From contig OZ024740.1 in assembly GCA_964016885.1 (NCBI GenBank), positions 217,682,001 to 217,746,000 on the forward strand: 64,000 nt of DNA, in the 5' to 3' direction. The notes beneath the pieces are model-generated. The model was not told the DNA's origin, ran no database searches, and saw only the letters and a program-made list of their open reading frames with translations. This DNA comes from Eledone cirrhosa. Taxonomy: Eukaryota. Shown here in pieces: positions 29,553 to 43,230 of this stretch. A program made the translations under genes and the position numbers. Each line of letters opens with the position of its first letter. The first letter of the stretch is position 1.

Positions 29553-30038
29553 ATATTGTTATACTTTGGGAGGGTCATGTTGCCAATAAGAAACACACGC
29601 ACCAGTTGCTTTCAATTCAATTTATTATTATAATAAATTTATAATAAATTTATAAATTTATAAATTTCTGGTTGGTTGGTTGGTTCCACAACCAGATAGT
29701 TGTTTATATATTGTCATAGTTCTCTCGTCACACACTCTGTGACCTCTTCAGTGACTGGGGATTCCTTTCTTTGTTTCTGTGCCTCTCCTTTGTTCTGTCC
29801 TACGCCATTTTGTTTCTGTGTGTGTGTTGTGTGCTCAGTCTGCGCATGCGCCACATCCGGGTGTCTGTGTGTGTTTATGTTCATTTATTTATTTGTTTAT
29901 TTGCATGTTACTGGTTGGTTGTTTGTTCTATGTGCGTGTGTGTTTTCATTTTGTCCTTAATTGTAAGTTGTGATATATAATTTAGATGGTGCGTGTGTTT
30001 CTTATTGGCAACATGACTCTCCCAAAGTATAACAATAT
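29553..30038. repeat. 52-bp inverted repeat pair (29553-29604 / 29987-30038) between (TA)n tracts
   Basis: atattgttatactttgggagggtcatgttgccaataagaaacacacgcacca and its reverse complement with one mismatch. Confidence 0.8.
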
Positions 30039-30559
30039 ATATATATATATATATATGCAATATATTAATAAATGGAAACTATATTTGTAAAACCATAATT
30101 ATTTTATTATATATATTTCAAGGGCAACCAAGGTAAATTTTGGTGCGCTGTCATCAGATAAAATACAAAATTTGTTTTATAAATGTTGACATACCCGTAG
30201 AAAAACAAGCTTGACGGTTGAAGGTCCTCTGGATAGTGGAAACATTTTTTTTTTATTTCGGGTAATTCAAAGTTATGTGTGAGTATGCAAATGAATGTCA
30301 GAAAGATTTGAAAAAACAACGGTTTATTTAAATTATACTGTTGGAAGAAGAGGGAGAAAAAACAGAGAAAAAGAGAAAGAGAGAAGAAAAAAAAAGAGAA
30401 TAAAAAAGTAAATATAGTTTCCATTTATATTGAATATTTACTCCAGTAAACTGTTGAGTGCTTCATATCAGTTATAAAACTTTTAAGCTTGTTGAATCCC
30501 AACAAATTAAATATAACATTTGCATATATATATATATATATAGATAGATAGATAGATAG

Positions 30560-32300
30560 ATATTTAAAGGTTAAACAAGGTTCAATGAATAAATCAAAGA
30601 ATGAGTTTTACAATAGATTGGAAGCACTCAACAACAATCGTTTTCCGGAGTTATTAATCAGATTGTAAAACTTTAATAATGTTTTATTTTCTATTCATTT
30701 ATGATAGAATTAATGTTAGACTAAAGGGTCTTGTTTAGGTATATAAACATATTGTTTGTTAACATGTTCTCTTGATGAATATGCACACCTTTGGATATTT
30801 TAGATATATATAATTTAGATTGGGATCCTTATATATTTGTTTTTGTTTTCAATATATAATTTGGATATATAACTTATAAGAATACCGGTTATAATTGAAC
30901 CGTAAATCATTCATGTATTTATATATTTTACTCATTTTGAGTATGTTTTAGGATTCAGAAAGTTAGATTTGTACATTTTTTATTTTCTCATATATATTTA
31001 GGTACAAATGTCACAAATGATACTAGTCGACACATATTGGTCTTTCTTTCCACTGAACTGGATGTAAAACTACAATTATAACATTACTAATAATGATTGT
31101 AATTATTTATTTATTATATGTATATCGTTTCACTAATACCTATAATACTCTCTCTATATATTTGAACAAATCTGTTTATCTAGTATAATGACATGCTCCT
31201 AGTTACATTTATAAGTAATTTGGATACTTAAATGACTCTCTATTGTTATAATTGTTATATATTTTCTGAATGTTCTAAATTATATAACGATTATTACTTA
31301 ATTTAATTTAATTTATTTTAATTAAATTCGGGTTACCTTCGGGTCATTGAAATCCTTAGCTCCTCTTTCTATCATCTTCGTGGACACTTTAGAAGTGTTG
31401 TTAGTCTACTATATAAATTTAAAAAAACTCTCTTGCATTTTTAAACTATATTCTTTGATATTGGGCACTTTTATGATCGCAAACAATTCATTATTTTTAC
31501 TTTTTCACTTTTTATTTTGAATCTAGTCCGTATCCTTAGGATTGATGAAGTTTTTACTTGTATATTTATAGTATATATCTATTAAATGATCCTATTATAA
31601 TAATTGATGTAAAACATTAATTTTAACAATATTATCAGTAACTTATTTATTGTATTGTATTATGTTATGTCTAATTGATAGGTATCATCTTAATCTTTAG
31701 ACAATATAATCTTTGTGTATTTTTTCGATAAACGTATATATATAATTTAATAATCAAACTTTTTAAGTTTAATTATAAGGCCTGTTGATCCATTAGGCAT
31801 TCAAATTGTTTATCTTAAAATTCTTTAAAAATTATAACTGTAATTATTTTCTAAATTATATACTGTAAACTATTTTCAATATAATATAAATAATTTAATA
31901 TTATATAATAAATTTAGTAAATTTATTATATAATATTAAATTTAGTAAAACATTATGTTTTCTTTCTCGTGTTTGTAAATCCTTTAAATTTGATTTCAGA
32001 AAATTTGATTTTATGAATTAAATATGATAGTATACTTTAATATTAATAGAGATATTTATTAACTTTTATAACCTAAAATATTATTCATTGCTCTGAACTA
32101 ACTTAAATTAAATGATTTGAATGTTTACGGTCAACCAGATATGTTTGGATATATATTGTATATATATAGATAATTATCTAAAGACTTGGTATTAACCTTC
32201 ATATGAATACACCAATTATATTTAAAATTTCGATTGATGAATACTTTTAGATAATTCAATAATTCAATGAATTAAGATTTTTTCTTTTTCCAAAAGCTAA
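30560..32300 (-). pseudogene. Highly decayed Penelope-like element (RT + GIY-YIG traces)
   Basis: Minus-strand traces resembling KQ..MG (~31790-31815), DDT (~31680-31700) and YIG (~30850); very AT-rich, no ORF; hammerhead nearby. Confidence 0.4.
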
Positions 32301-32323
32301 GCCCAAATGTTGTTCTAATTAAT

Positions 32324-32506
32324 TGTTTCTACTTTAGGCACAAGGCCAGCAATTACCCAGTGCATAACTGGTACTTTATTTTATCGACCCCGTAAGGATG
32401 AAAGGCAAAGTCAACCTCGGCGGGATTTGAACTCAGATCGTAAAGGGACGTAACTATGCTGGAAAGCACGGCGTCCGACTTCTACCGATACTGCCAATCC
32501 ACCGCC
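32324..32506 (-). mobile_element. tRNA-derived SINE (OK-like)
   Basis: Reverse complement of 24439-24622; 18-bp TSD aatgttgttctaattaat at 32306 and 32509. Confidence 0.9.
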
Positions 32507-32872
32507 CTAATGTTGTTCTAATTAATATCTCCCTATATATTACACTATAAAAATTATTCCCGTTTATCTCTCTCTGTGTAATCAACTCTCTTTTGCTTTC
32601 TGTGCTCTTACTAGCTATATTATCCTCTCATCTGTTTCTTTCTCTATGCCTTTCTTTTCTTTCCTCTTTCTTCAGTAATTTAAATTATTTGAATCTCTAA
32701 CAGTTATATTGCTGCTATATATGTTTTAAGCTTTCTCACACGCACCCTCTCTATTATATGTATTATATGTAGGTTCTTTTCATGTTTCAATATTAAGGTA
32801 TATAAATATTGAGTTTTGTCATATATTACTCACTACCATCTACTATCTCAGGGTATATCATGCATCATCTCA

Positions 32873-32935
32873 TTTTATCTGATGAGGACGTACTGTTGAA
32901 GTTAACTCAGTACCTCTGAAATATGTATAATGAAA
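32873..32935 (+). ncRNA. Minimal type I hammerhead ribozyme (canonical core)
   Basis: ttttat-CTGATGA-ggacgtactg..cagtacctct-GAAA-tatgta-TA-atgaaa; stems I and II pair, short stem III. Confidence 0.7.
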
Positions 32936-33044
32936 ATATACTTGATCACAGGAATATCTATTTTGTTAATATTTTGAATTAATATTATATATATATATAT
33001 ACATATTCATTCTATTAAGGCTAAATTTCTATTTTATCATTTGT

Positions 33045-34965
33045 ACGCTCGTCGTCGAGAACCTGGTCGGCGAAGCGCAAACATGTGCAATCCCGACCAG
33101 GTACATACTCGACAACCTCCACCTCATTTGATACACCATAGAGAGGCTAGGGTGTAAACCTGGCTTCGGTGAGGCTTTGATCAATTTAGATCAATCAAAG
33201 GCATTTGATAGGGTCGACCATCAATACTTGGAAGCGGTTTTCAAGGCAGCCGGTTTCGGCCCAGTCTTCAGAGGCTGGATCGCTGCTACGCACAGCAACA
33301 TCTGCTCGGCAGTCAAGGTGAATGGCTACCTATCGGAGCCATTCCAAATTATGCGTTCCAGCCGTCAAGGATGTCCGTCTCTTCCAGTCTGTATGTACTG
33401 ACTCTCGAGTCACTACTGCAGAAGTTGGAGCTATTGCATGGCATCCTGATGGAACCAGGACTGCGAAAAGCAGCGTCGGTCTACGCTAGCGAGATGACCG
33501 TAATTGTGTCGAAAACCTCGGAAATTGGGGTAATCGTCAACAGGAATACAAAACGTTCACAGGAGCAAGACTAAACCCAAACAAGTATATCGGTTTGCAA
33601 CTCGGTACATGGATAGGCAAACCCATGCCGTCAGAAAGCGTCATTGGATGCTGACAAAAATTGGAACGAGTGGGCTGAGTGCAAACTCTACTTAAAAGGT
33701 CGAGCGGGGGTGGCCAACACATACATAGCATCCATCATCTACTACCGTTTGATAGTCGTGCCTTGCCCCCACGAACACCTCACCAAAATGGAACGCCTAC
33801 TCTTCAAGTTTCTCTGGAAGAATCAGGCTCCATTGGTGAGGAGATCCATCTGCTGTCAACGACCTTCCAACAGAGGGCAGAGCATGCCGTAGCTGATGAT
33901 GCGCAAACACGCGCTGAGGCCACGCCATCTCCAGGTATTCCTGATCGGTGTGGCTGTCGTTTGTGAGATCAGCTCTTCCACAACTCGTCCCACTAACAGA
34001 GCTAGAGTCCTGGGTCAAGCTAAGACCGAAAATGGGCGCCTGGCACCTCGAGTGCCTTCAGGCGTTCACAGCCCTCTACCAAGCGGAAACGGCAATCAGC
34101 GGAGACTCAACTTCAACATTCTATAGGGGATTAATGGAGGATAAATGCGACGACGTTCTCGGGTAACTCTAGGCATCGAGGAGAACGAACTGACCAGTCT
34201 GTTCGGAAGGACTTTCCGTCCAGGGCCTATGGATAACTTCCAGAGGTCTCTGGCCTGGCAGTGCTACCGAGGAGCTCTAACGGTTCGAGACAAAATCCAC
34301 AGGCACGGACGCCCTAGCAGAGATCCTGCTGAAAGGATCTGTCCAAGATGCGCGCAGGACATCGAAACCGTACTGCTCGCAATTGTTCAGTGCACAGGGG
34401 TGACCGACCTGTGGAATTATGTCGAACAGCTACTGTCACGTGTGGGACGCATCTAGTTGTGAGGATCGTGAGGATCACCCCGCCGCCTTCATTTAAGAAT
34501 GAAGGAGAGGCGATTTTGTTCTGTCTGGTGGCTATGGCGAAAGATGTAATATGGTGGACGAGGTTAAAAGGACTTATCCCCTTCTTTAAGTACCACTCCA
34601 GAAGGAACGTGAGAGTGGAGAGGGAGGTGCTACACCCTAGTAAATTCGCTGAAACGTGGGTGAATGTGGCGGAAATGGACCGAGGGAATGGGCCTTCTCT
34701 GTATATAAACCTGTAGGTTGAGGAAGATAAACAGAGGGAAGACGGGAACACGTACAAAACGTGCTCCTGGCGTTGAGGGTTGTTCTATCCACGCGGTGTA
34801 AAACAACCCTGCAGTAACGTTCCCCCTATTTCAAATGTTAATTTATCATATATAGTTTATTGTTATTTATTAATGTTAAAGTTATAGGATTTTTATGTAA
34901 AACCCCCGCTGTCACGTCTTGTAATGTCCGATTTTTGTACGCCCCTGTAGCAAATAAAGAAAGAT
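33045..34965 (+). mobile_element. 5'-truncated Tx1-like element
   Basis: INLDQSKAFDRVDH, QGCP, CPRCAQDIETVL remnants; AATAAA at ~34952. Confidence 0.85.
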
Positions 34966-37632
34966 ATCTATCTATATGTGTATGTATATATATATATATA
35001 TATATAAATGCAAGTTTACCATTCTGTGTGTCCGCTTAAAACTAGCAAACTACCGGACCAAACTCCTCAATATTACATGTACATATTCACTATACACTCG
35101 GACAGGTAACGGTCGAAAAAGGATTACTTTGCAAAGCATGGAATTCATTTAAAATCAATTTATCTTATTTACTAATGAATATCAAAAGAGATTTTTTTTA
35201 TGTTCTCCAGTCTATAGATAAGAGAGTGAGGGATGGGAAGAGAGAGAGTAAAGGATGCGAGAGAAAAAGAGAGAGAGTGGCAGATGGGAGAGAGGGTGTA
35301 AGGGGATGAGAGAGAAAGAGAGAGAGAGTGAGTGTATGGGAGAGAGAGTAAGGGGATGTTAGAGAGAAAGAAAGAGAGTAAGGGATGAGAGAGATAGAGT
35401 GGGAGATGGGCGAGAGAGAGAGAGAGTAAGAAGATGTGAGAGAGAAAGAAAGAGAGTAAGGGGATGAGAGAGAAAGACGATGAAAGAGAGAGAGGCAAAG
35501 TAATCAGCAAGACCTGGAATCGAAGAAAGTAGTGTCATTTAGTGTAAGGTCATGAAGTCAAGTCAAGTGATACTATTGGGCGTGTTTACAATGTCCATCC
35601 CAACAACAGAGAATGTTTTTATTTACGGCTATTTCTGCATACTGTTCGAGGACCAACGTCATTTGAGCATCTTAGGTGCTTCAGAGGAAGGGAGTGTGCA
35701 ACATACCAAGAAGCATGTAAACAGCATGGACTCCTGCATGACAATGGACACTGGAAGAAGTGCCTAAAAGAAGCAGCAATCACTCAAGTACCCAGCCAAA
35801 TAAGACAATTATTTGTTATTATGCTCACGGCATGTGGAATTGATGAAGCTCATCTACTCTGGCAGGAGTACAAAAACAATATGCCGGACGACTATCTACA
35901 CCTAGCCCGAAGACATCATGGCAATATGTATATGGAATATACCCCCAGGATTTACAATCAAGCTCTCTGTGACGTGTCCCATCGAGTTCAGGCAATGAAT
36001 AGCACATTAGCTAACTGCGGGATGCCAGAGCCAGATGAAGAAATAGAGGTAGCACAAGACATTTTTAAGGAGACAAACTACGATATCCAAGCATTGCGTA
36101 AGTTTGTGGATGAAAATGAACCTCGATTGATGGGTGACCAGAAATACGCCTACCACAACATCATCGAAAACATTCAAAATGACAGGAGAGGACTTTTCTT
36201 CATCGATGCTCCTGCTGGCACAGGCAAGACATTCCTCATAAACCTCCGGCTTGCAAAAGTTCGCCAAAAGCAACATATTGCCCTTGCTGTGGCTTCAAGT
36301 CACATCGTAGCAACACTCCTGTATGGAGGAAGAACTGAACACTCCATGTTTAAGCTGCCCATAGATCTCACACGGCATAAACATCAAAAGACATTTTTCC
36401 AACATCAAGAAGAACTCACCCAAGGGCAAGCTTCTGCAAACATGCAAGATAATAATTCGGGATGAAGCTACTATGAGTCATAAAGGAGCAATTGAAGCTT
36501 TGGACCGGACGATAAGGGATCTGAGAGAAAATAGTTGCATAATGGGAGGAGTGACAATGGTTCTTGCTGGTGATTTCAGACAAACTCTGTCTGTAATTCT
36601 TCGAGGGACTCGAGCTGATCAGGTCAATGCCTGTCTGAAAACATCCTATCTCTGGCCCCACTTTCAGCTGCTGAGCCTTACAACCAACATGCGAGTGCAC
36701 TTAACTGTTGACGAACGTGTCAGTGAGTTTGCCATCCAACTACTTAAATTGGGAAATGGACTTCTTGAAAAGGACTCCTATGACCATATTCAGTTGTCAT
36801 TTGGCCATATCATTGACACAGAACAAGAACTGATTGCCAGAGTGTTTCCAAACATTCAGACCAGGCAATGCGATCTGAAATGGCTCCGTGAACGAGCAAT
36901 CTTAGCACCTAAAAATGTTACTCTGAAAGAAATCAACAGAAGGCTGCTGGAGATGTTACCGGGAGAGAAAATATTCTACAAATCAGTTGACACAATCACT
37001 TCTCAAGACCAGGTTGTAAACTATCCAACTGAATTTTTGAACAGTCTTGAACAAGCGGGAATTCCTACACACAACCTGATGCTTGGAGCATCGGTTATGC
37101 TACTTCGCAATCTGGATCCTCCAAAACTTTGTAATGGCACAAGACTCATCATCAAAAATATGATGTCCAATGTTCTAGAAGTTGCAATCATGTCAGGAAA
37201 ATTTGCTGGTGAAAATTGTTTTATTCCAAGAATACCTCTGAAGCCAACTGATTTGCCATTTGAATTTCAAAGACTTCAATTTCCGATCAGGCTCAGTTTT
37301 GCCATGACCATTAATAAATCTCAAGGGCAATCATTGAAAGTCGTTGGGTTGAATCTGGCAGATCCTGTCTTTTCACATGGTCAACTCTATGTTGGCACAA
37401 CAAGGGTTGGGAACCCTGATTGTCTCTTTATTGTGGCACCGCAGGGCAAAACAAATAATGTTGTTTATCCAGAGGATTTGGAATGAGCAATGTTGTAATT
37501 CCTCATTCAATGACAATACCTACAAATCCTAATTTCTTAGTCATGTAGTTTGCAAGGAATTCTGAAGCCGCAAATTTACTGCATGGAGGTACTTTGGAAG
37601 AATGTGCAGGCTTTCCCGGGTACCTCTGCTAT
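34966..37632 (+). mobile_element. Internally deleted Helitron with Pif1-family helicase remnant (35821-37486)
   Basis: DAPAGTGKTFL (Walker A), DEA, GDFRQ, MLLRNLDPPKLCNGTRL, AMTINKSQGQS, SHGQLYV; 3' ccgggtacctctgcta end. Confidence 0.85.
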
Positions 37633-38424
37633 ATAAAGTAGTATTAGTAAGGACTTTGTTGGGTAGAAATAGCAGCCAAATTTCCTTCAAATCCCACCTT
37701 ACTTTCTCAGATATGTATATATGTATGAAGCAAAAAGAAATGGTTCTATGTGATAACTCGATCTACTAGAAATATTAGCAAAATCCATTTCAAATCACAA
37801 ACAACTGTCTTACACACACACACACATGTGTGTGTATGTATCTATGTATATCTATGTCGTGTGAGCCACTATAACTGTTGGTATAGCTAATAGAAATAGA
37901 AAGCAAATCTCCCTCAAACAAGATCCTACTGCCATAGAGACAAAGATTGGTGAAAGCTACAGTGTACAAATTTAAATACACTTTCCCCGAATTAAAGAAA
38001 TGAGTAAGTAAATGCTTCATTCAATCATAAACCAACTCTAAATTTATTTTCTTATTTTATTTATGGTTTTTAAAATAGTCTTTACATGTTTGAATTTCAG
38101 AGGTTCAGATTGAGCAAAAAAAAAAAAAAAGAAAGAAAAGGATAAACAAAAAAAATCCAAATGTATTTTTTTGGTCATGCCCTGACAGCAAACCTAATGA
38201 TTCATCTATGAGTAAAGCAATATATATGCTGACTGTATTAGGGAGAAGTATTTAAAAAAATCACCACTGGAAAAAACTAATATTTTTATCTAGATGATTT
38301 ACTTTGACCAAACGACAATAAATATTCTGCTATAATTCCTACTTTGGCTAAAATTCAGCAATCATATTTGAATGGTCAAATATTTTGGAATGTGTGCCAA
38401 ATATACTGTAACTTTCATAAAATA

Positions 38425-38452
38425 CCCGGGTATCACCGGGTCCATCAGCTAT
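38425..38452 (+). mobile_element. Helitron-type 3' terminus
   Basis: cccgggtatcaccggg hairpin followed by cagcta(t), resembling the CTAG end. Confidence 0.4.
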
Positions 38453-38588
38453 ATATATATATATAGTATATATATATATATATATATATATGTCTATATA
38501 TGTCTATATATGTATTTATATATAAAAAACAAGTTGACAGTTAGAATCTTCAGTTAATTCTTAATTGTGTTGTTATATATACACACAC

Positions 38589-38739
<151 letters not shown>

Positions 38740-39370
38740 TGTTTGTGTGTGAGTAAGTATGCATCTAGGTACATAAATATATACATAAATAAATACACAC
38801 AAACGCGCGCGCATATACACACATACATATATAGAAACATATTTGTCCTCTGTTATATGTAGCTATTAAGTGCGAGATTTCAATGTGTCGTGGAAAAATA
38901 TTTTAGGGAAAATCTACAAGAATTGTATTGAAACCTGATTGAAGAAATTACCATTAATTCATTAACATTTTCACTAACAAAGTATATATTGTCTAATCTT
39001 GTGTTATAAATTGTTTACAAATCATTGTTGTAAACACATTGATTGACATGTGCAGGAAATTACTTTCAAATATAAATAACTTGGGAATTTGTTTCCCAAG
39101 CTATTGTAATATGTCACTGGTAAAGGTGGCACCCACATCTTCAAGGATATTTCGGGGTAAATGGTGGTTTCTTAAAATGTAAAAATAAATTCAAAAGAAG
39201 TGAAACTGAATAAATTAATGTCGTTTAATTAATTAATTCAGTTGATCACGTTGAACAGGGGTTATATGAAGCGTTCTTCTTAGACATTTGTTAAACCTGT
39301 CCTTGTTTCGATAAAATAAAGATAACAACCATCACAATTATACAACAGGAAGATAAACCACCTGACCACC

Positions 39371-40346
39371 ATGTTGTACGAAATTCTAGTAGTATTTGCA
39401 GCATTTTCATTCGTAAACGGCTACACCAACTGTAAGTAAATCATATTACTATATTTTGTATATTTCTTGGTTTCTTTCTTCATATTATTATGATCTCTGA
39501 GTTACACACTCTATCGAGCAACGTTACTCCAGCCGACTGATTTTACACCTGCCAGTCGTGATACCATTTACAACACGGCTACGCATGTAAATCTTGTTCA
39601 TAAAAGTAATGAACAGGAGAGGGGGCTGTATGCACCCTCGGCGGAATCCTTCTCTCTCATTTAATGGTATCGGTTTAGCACCATTATTCCGAACATAAAT
39701 TCCCCTCTATATTCGTATAGAGACATCAGGGAAGCAAGAAACTGACAATCGATCCCATACTCCTGTAGAACCTTCTACAGCAGGTTTCGACTAAAATGCT
39801 GCTTTTCAAAATATATTTTTAAATAATTCTAGTCTACATTAATGTAATCTGGACGACAACAGAAACAAGTAAAATCTCAACCACAGAAGAAACTATAAAA
39901 ATAAAAAAAAGGACAGACGCTGGATATCGTTCCAAAAGATAAAAAAATGAACGGCAAATTTCAAGAGAGTAGACTTTTTAGCAGATGACATTTCGTGTTT
40001 AAAGTATAGATTCTGATTGAACATGTTTTAAAAAGATAAGTTATAACACTGGCTATCCCTTTAAATCACAAATATCTATGCTACAGAAACTTTCCTTATT
40101 GCAGTAGCTGTGAAATACATATATTTCTGGGGTTAATGGGGGTTTAAGTTGATGGAATATCAGATTTCATGAAGCCTCTCACATTGCTAAGGATAGGGAA
40201 CCAATAGTGAAAACAAATTGGTGAATATAGAGTGAACAAAATCAGTTCTGTTGGAGACTGTTTTATGGAATCAGAAGAAGATAGTGAAGAAATAATCATA
40301 TTCTATTCTAAAAAAGGGAGTCTTTAACACTGTCTCTGCTCTTAAT

Positions 40347-40420
<74 letters not shown>

Positions 40421-43023
40421 TGTGTAAAGTGTATATATATATATATGTGTGTCTGTGATTGTGTGTTTAGAGGTGATACGAGCACATACACTGTTTTCTG
40501 ATAGATGTGTTAATACAAAAATATTGTAATAGATTCAGGTGTCCATATGTCTGTCACATTTGTTGTAATTTACTCATGTAAGAAAATATTTTGAACTAGA
40601 AAAGGTGTTGCACTCAATATATAATAAGTTTTATTTAATATGAGTTCAAAACTCATTATCTTGTGAAACGACATAATATTTTTGAGGGCCCTGAGAAAAA
40701 AACATTAGATATTTTAAAGAAAAGAGTTAAACATTTACATCGTTAAGTAGTATATCTAATTGTTATAGATACAATAAAATAATACAACAGTTTATGAACA
40801 AACAGAAATAATTATGATTGAAATCTAACTATCTTGCGAAACCCCAGAATGTTTTGAGGGACCTCACTGTGGAAAATACAGCATTGAATATTTGAAATTG
40901 TTTACATTAATGCCAAGAAGTGTTTAACTTTGATATCGTTAAGTATTGTTATATATAATTGATAATAGATTCTATATAAATAGAAAAATCAATGATGTAC
41001 ATTAAAGCTATATATTGAGATGATAATGTTATTCTTTTTACAGATGAATGTACCCATAATGGAAGAAGGTATGAAGGTACATTTAGCATCGACTGTAACA
41101 CGTGTGTGTGTCTTGAAAGTGGACGAGCTCAGTGTTCAAATAAGATATGTGACTATGGACAACGATCAACATGTTGGTATGAAGGTAGACGTTACACAGT
41201 AGGACAGACAATCCAACAGTCATGTAATACATGTGTATGCAGAGCCAATGGTCAAATGGATTGTACAAAGAATACATGTCAGTGTACATATAAAGGACAA
41301 AATTACAATATTGGCCAGAGGTTTAATGAGGATTGCAACCAATGTGAATGTTTATCTAGTGGTATTGTACGGTGTTCTAACAAACGATGTCAATGTTTTG
41401 CCAATGGAAGAACATATCCAGTGGGGGCTACCTTTCAAAGGGAATGTAACACTTGCAAGTGTGACATTAACGGCAGAATAGTGTGTTCTGACAACATATG
41501 TAAATGTTTTGAAAATGGAAGATCTTACCCCATTGGTGCTACATTTAGCAAGGACTGCAATACATGCACATGTCAACAAAATGGACAGTTCAAATGTACA
41601 AATAACCCATGTACTTGCACCTACAACAATATGGTCTATAATTTCGGCCAACAAATCAGGAACGGTTGTAACACCTGCACTTGTCAACAAAATGGACAGG
41701 TCCAATGTACAAATAACCCTTGTCAATGTACATACAACGGTAAACGTTATGATGTTGGTTCTATATTCTACAATGATTGCAACAAATGTCAGTGCCATGA
41801 TGATGGAAGAGTCCAATGTGAACAGAAAATATGCTCCAAACCATGCGTATTCAACGGACAAACCTATTCTGTGGGAGAATCGTTTAAAAATGACTGCAAT
41901 ACATGTACATGTGGACAGTTTGGTCAAGTAGGATGTACTGAAATGTACTGCCCTAAAACATGCCAATACAACGGAAAAATCTACACAGTTGACCAAATAT
42001 TCAAGGCTCAAGATAATTGCAATACATGTCGATGTTCAGCTGGGATGGTCAAGTGTACCAACTTAATATGTGGTCAAGTGAGTATGGTTTTTATTACTCC
42101 TTTATTGTCTCAAATATTAACAATTCTATCTTTCCTCTTATGTAATTTGTAGTCCTTTAGACACATTACACAAAGATATCATTACAATTTCCCTGTGTAA
42201 TTACTGCTGTGATATAAGAAACAGGGGAACATCATCATTAGCATAGCTACCATTTAGTGAATGTTTGTTAGAGTATGACAGAGGTGATGGCATTCATTCA
42301 TTGCTCCCTTTTGACCGATGAGATTAATTTTAATAATCTTTCACATAAATTGCTGCATATTGCTGCCGGTAGGTATGACGGGAACATGGAGAAAATTCGA
42401 GAAGGCCGATATTCTCTGTAGGACAGGTAACGTGTAGAGGGTTTCTGTGGATCCTGGTGGGCAGACACAATATGTGATAAGAAATGGAGATACGATTGAG
42501 TTGGAATTGTCTGAGTGGAGGTGACATGAAACCTGCCATCTTAGAAGCTCTATACCATTGTAGTAGCAGTAGAAAGGGTAATGAAATAAGTCATTACGAC
42601 AGTGCTTAAGAGACTGGGATGTGACTTTAAACCGATTAGTCAAGAAAATTTATCTGGATGTAGAACATCATATCTCCAGTCGTATGTCAAAATAGATGGC
42701 AATGTTATAGTCACTTTTATATAACTATGAAATATATATTCTCTTTCAAAGAAATGCTTCAGTAGGAATGTTATTGGACTTACCAACATTCTGGTTAAAG
42801 GTTCAAACGTTCACTGCTGTTTCGTTTAATTTCCAACTAAGGGAGTTAATTCAACGTAACTTCGTTCCTTTATTTATCGCTAATATATATGTATATCGAT
42901 ATGTTAAGGAATTTTACCTATATCTAAATTGTTATATTTCGTAAATCATTTATTTGATATTGTTTCAATATCAATAGTAATACAATATAAAACTTTATTT
43001 CATTACAGACTGGATACTACTAA
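39371..43023 (+). CDS. Secreted cysteine-rich protein with 9 pacifastin-like/half-VWC modules, copy 2; join(39371..39431,41044..42077,43009..43023), 369 aa
   Basis: Same exon/intron structure and splice sites as copy 1; exon 2 is 777 bp (7 x 111) shorter; open frame; AATAAA at ~43158. Confidence 0.85.
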
Positions 43024-43230
43024 AGAACACAACAGGCTGCTTTCTGATTCGGGATAATTATGTTTCTGAATAATAATTGCAATTTTTGTGAATAATAATT
43101 GCAATTTTTTAGAATAATAATTGTAAATTTTGTGAATAATAATTTAAATATTTTTTTAATAAAATAAACAAACATACAACAATAATTTATTGTTTTCCTA
43201 GATTCTTCTTCTTCTTATTACTATTATTAT

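Noticed and set aside
35821-37486. Host PIF1 helicase gene
   Set aside because: Intronless, frameshifted, with Helitron-type motifs and ends
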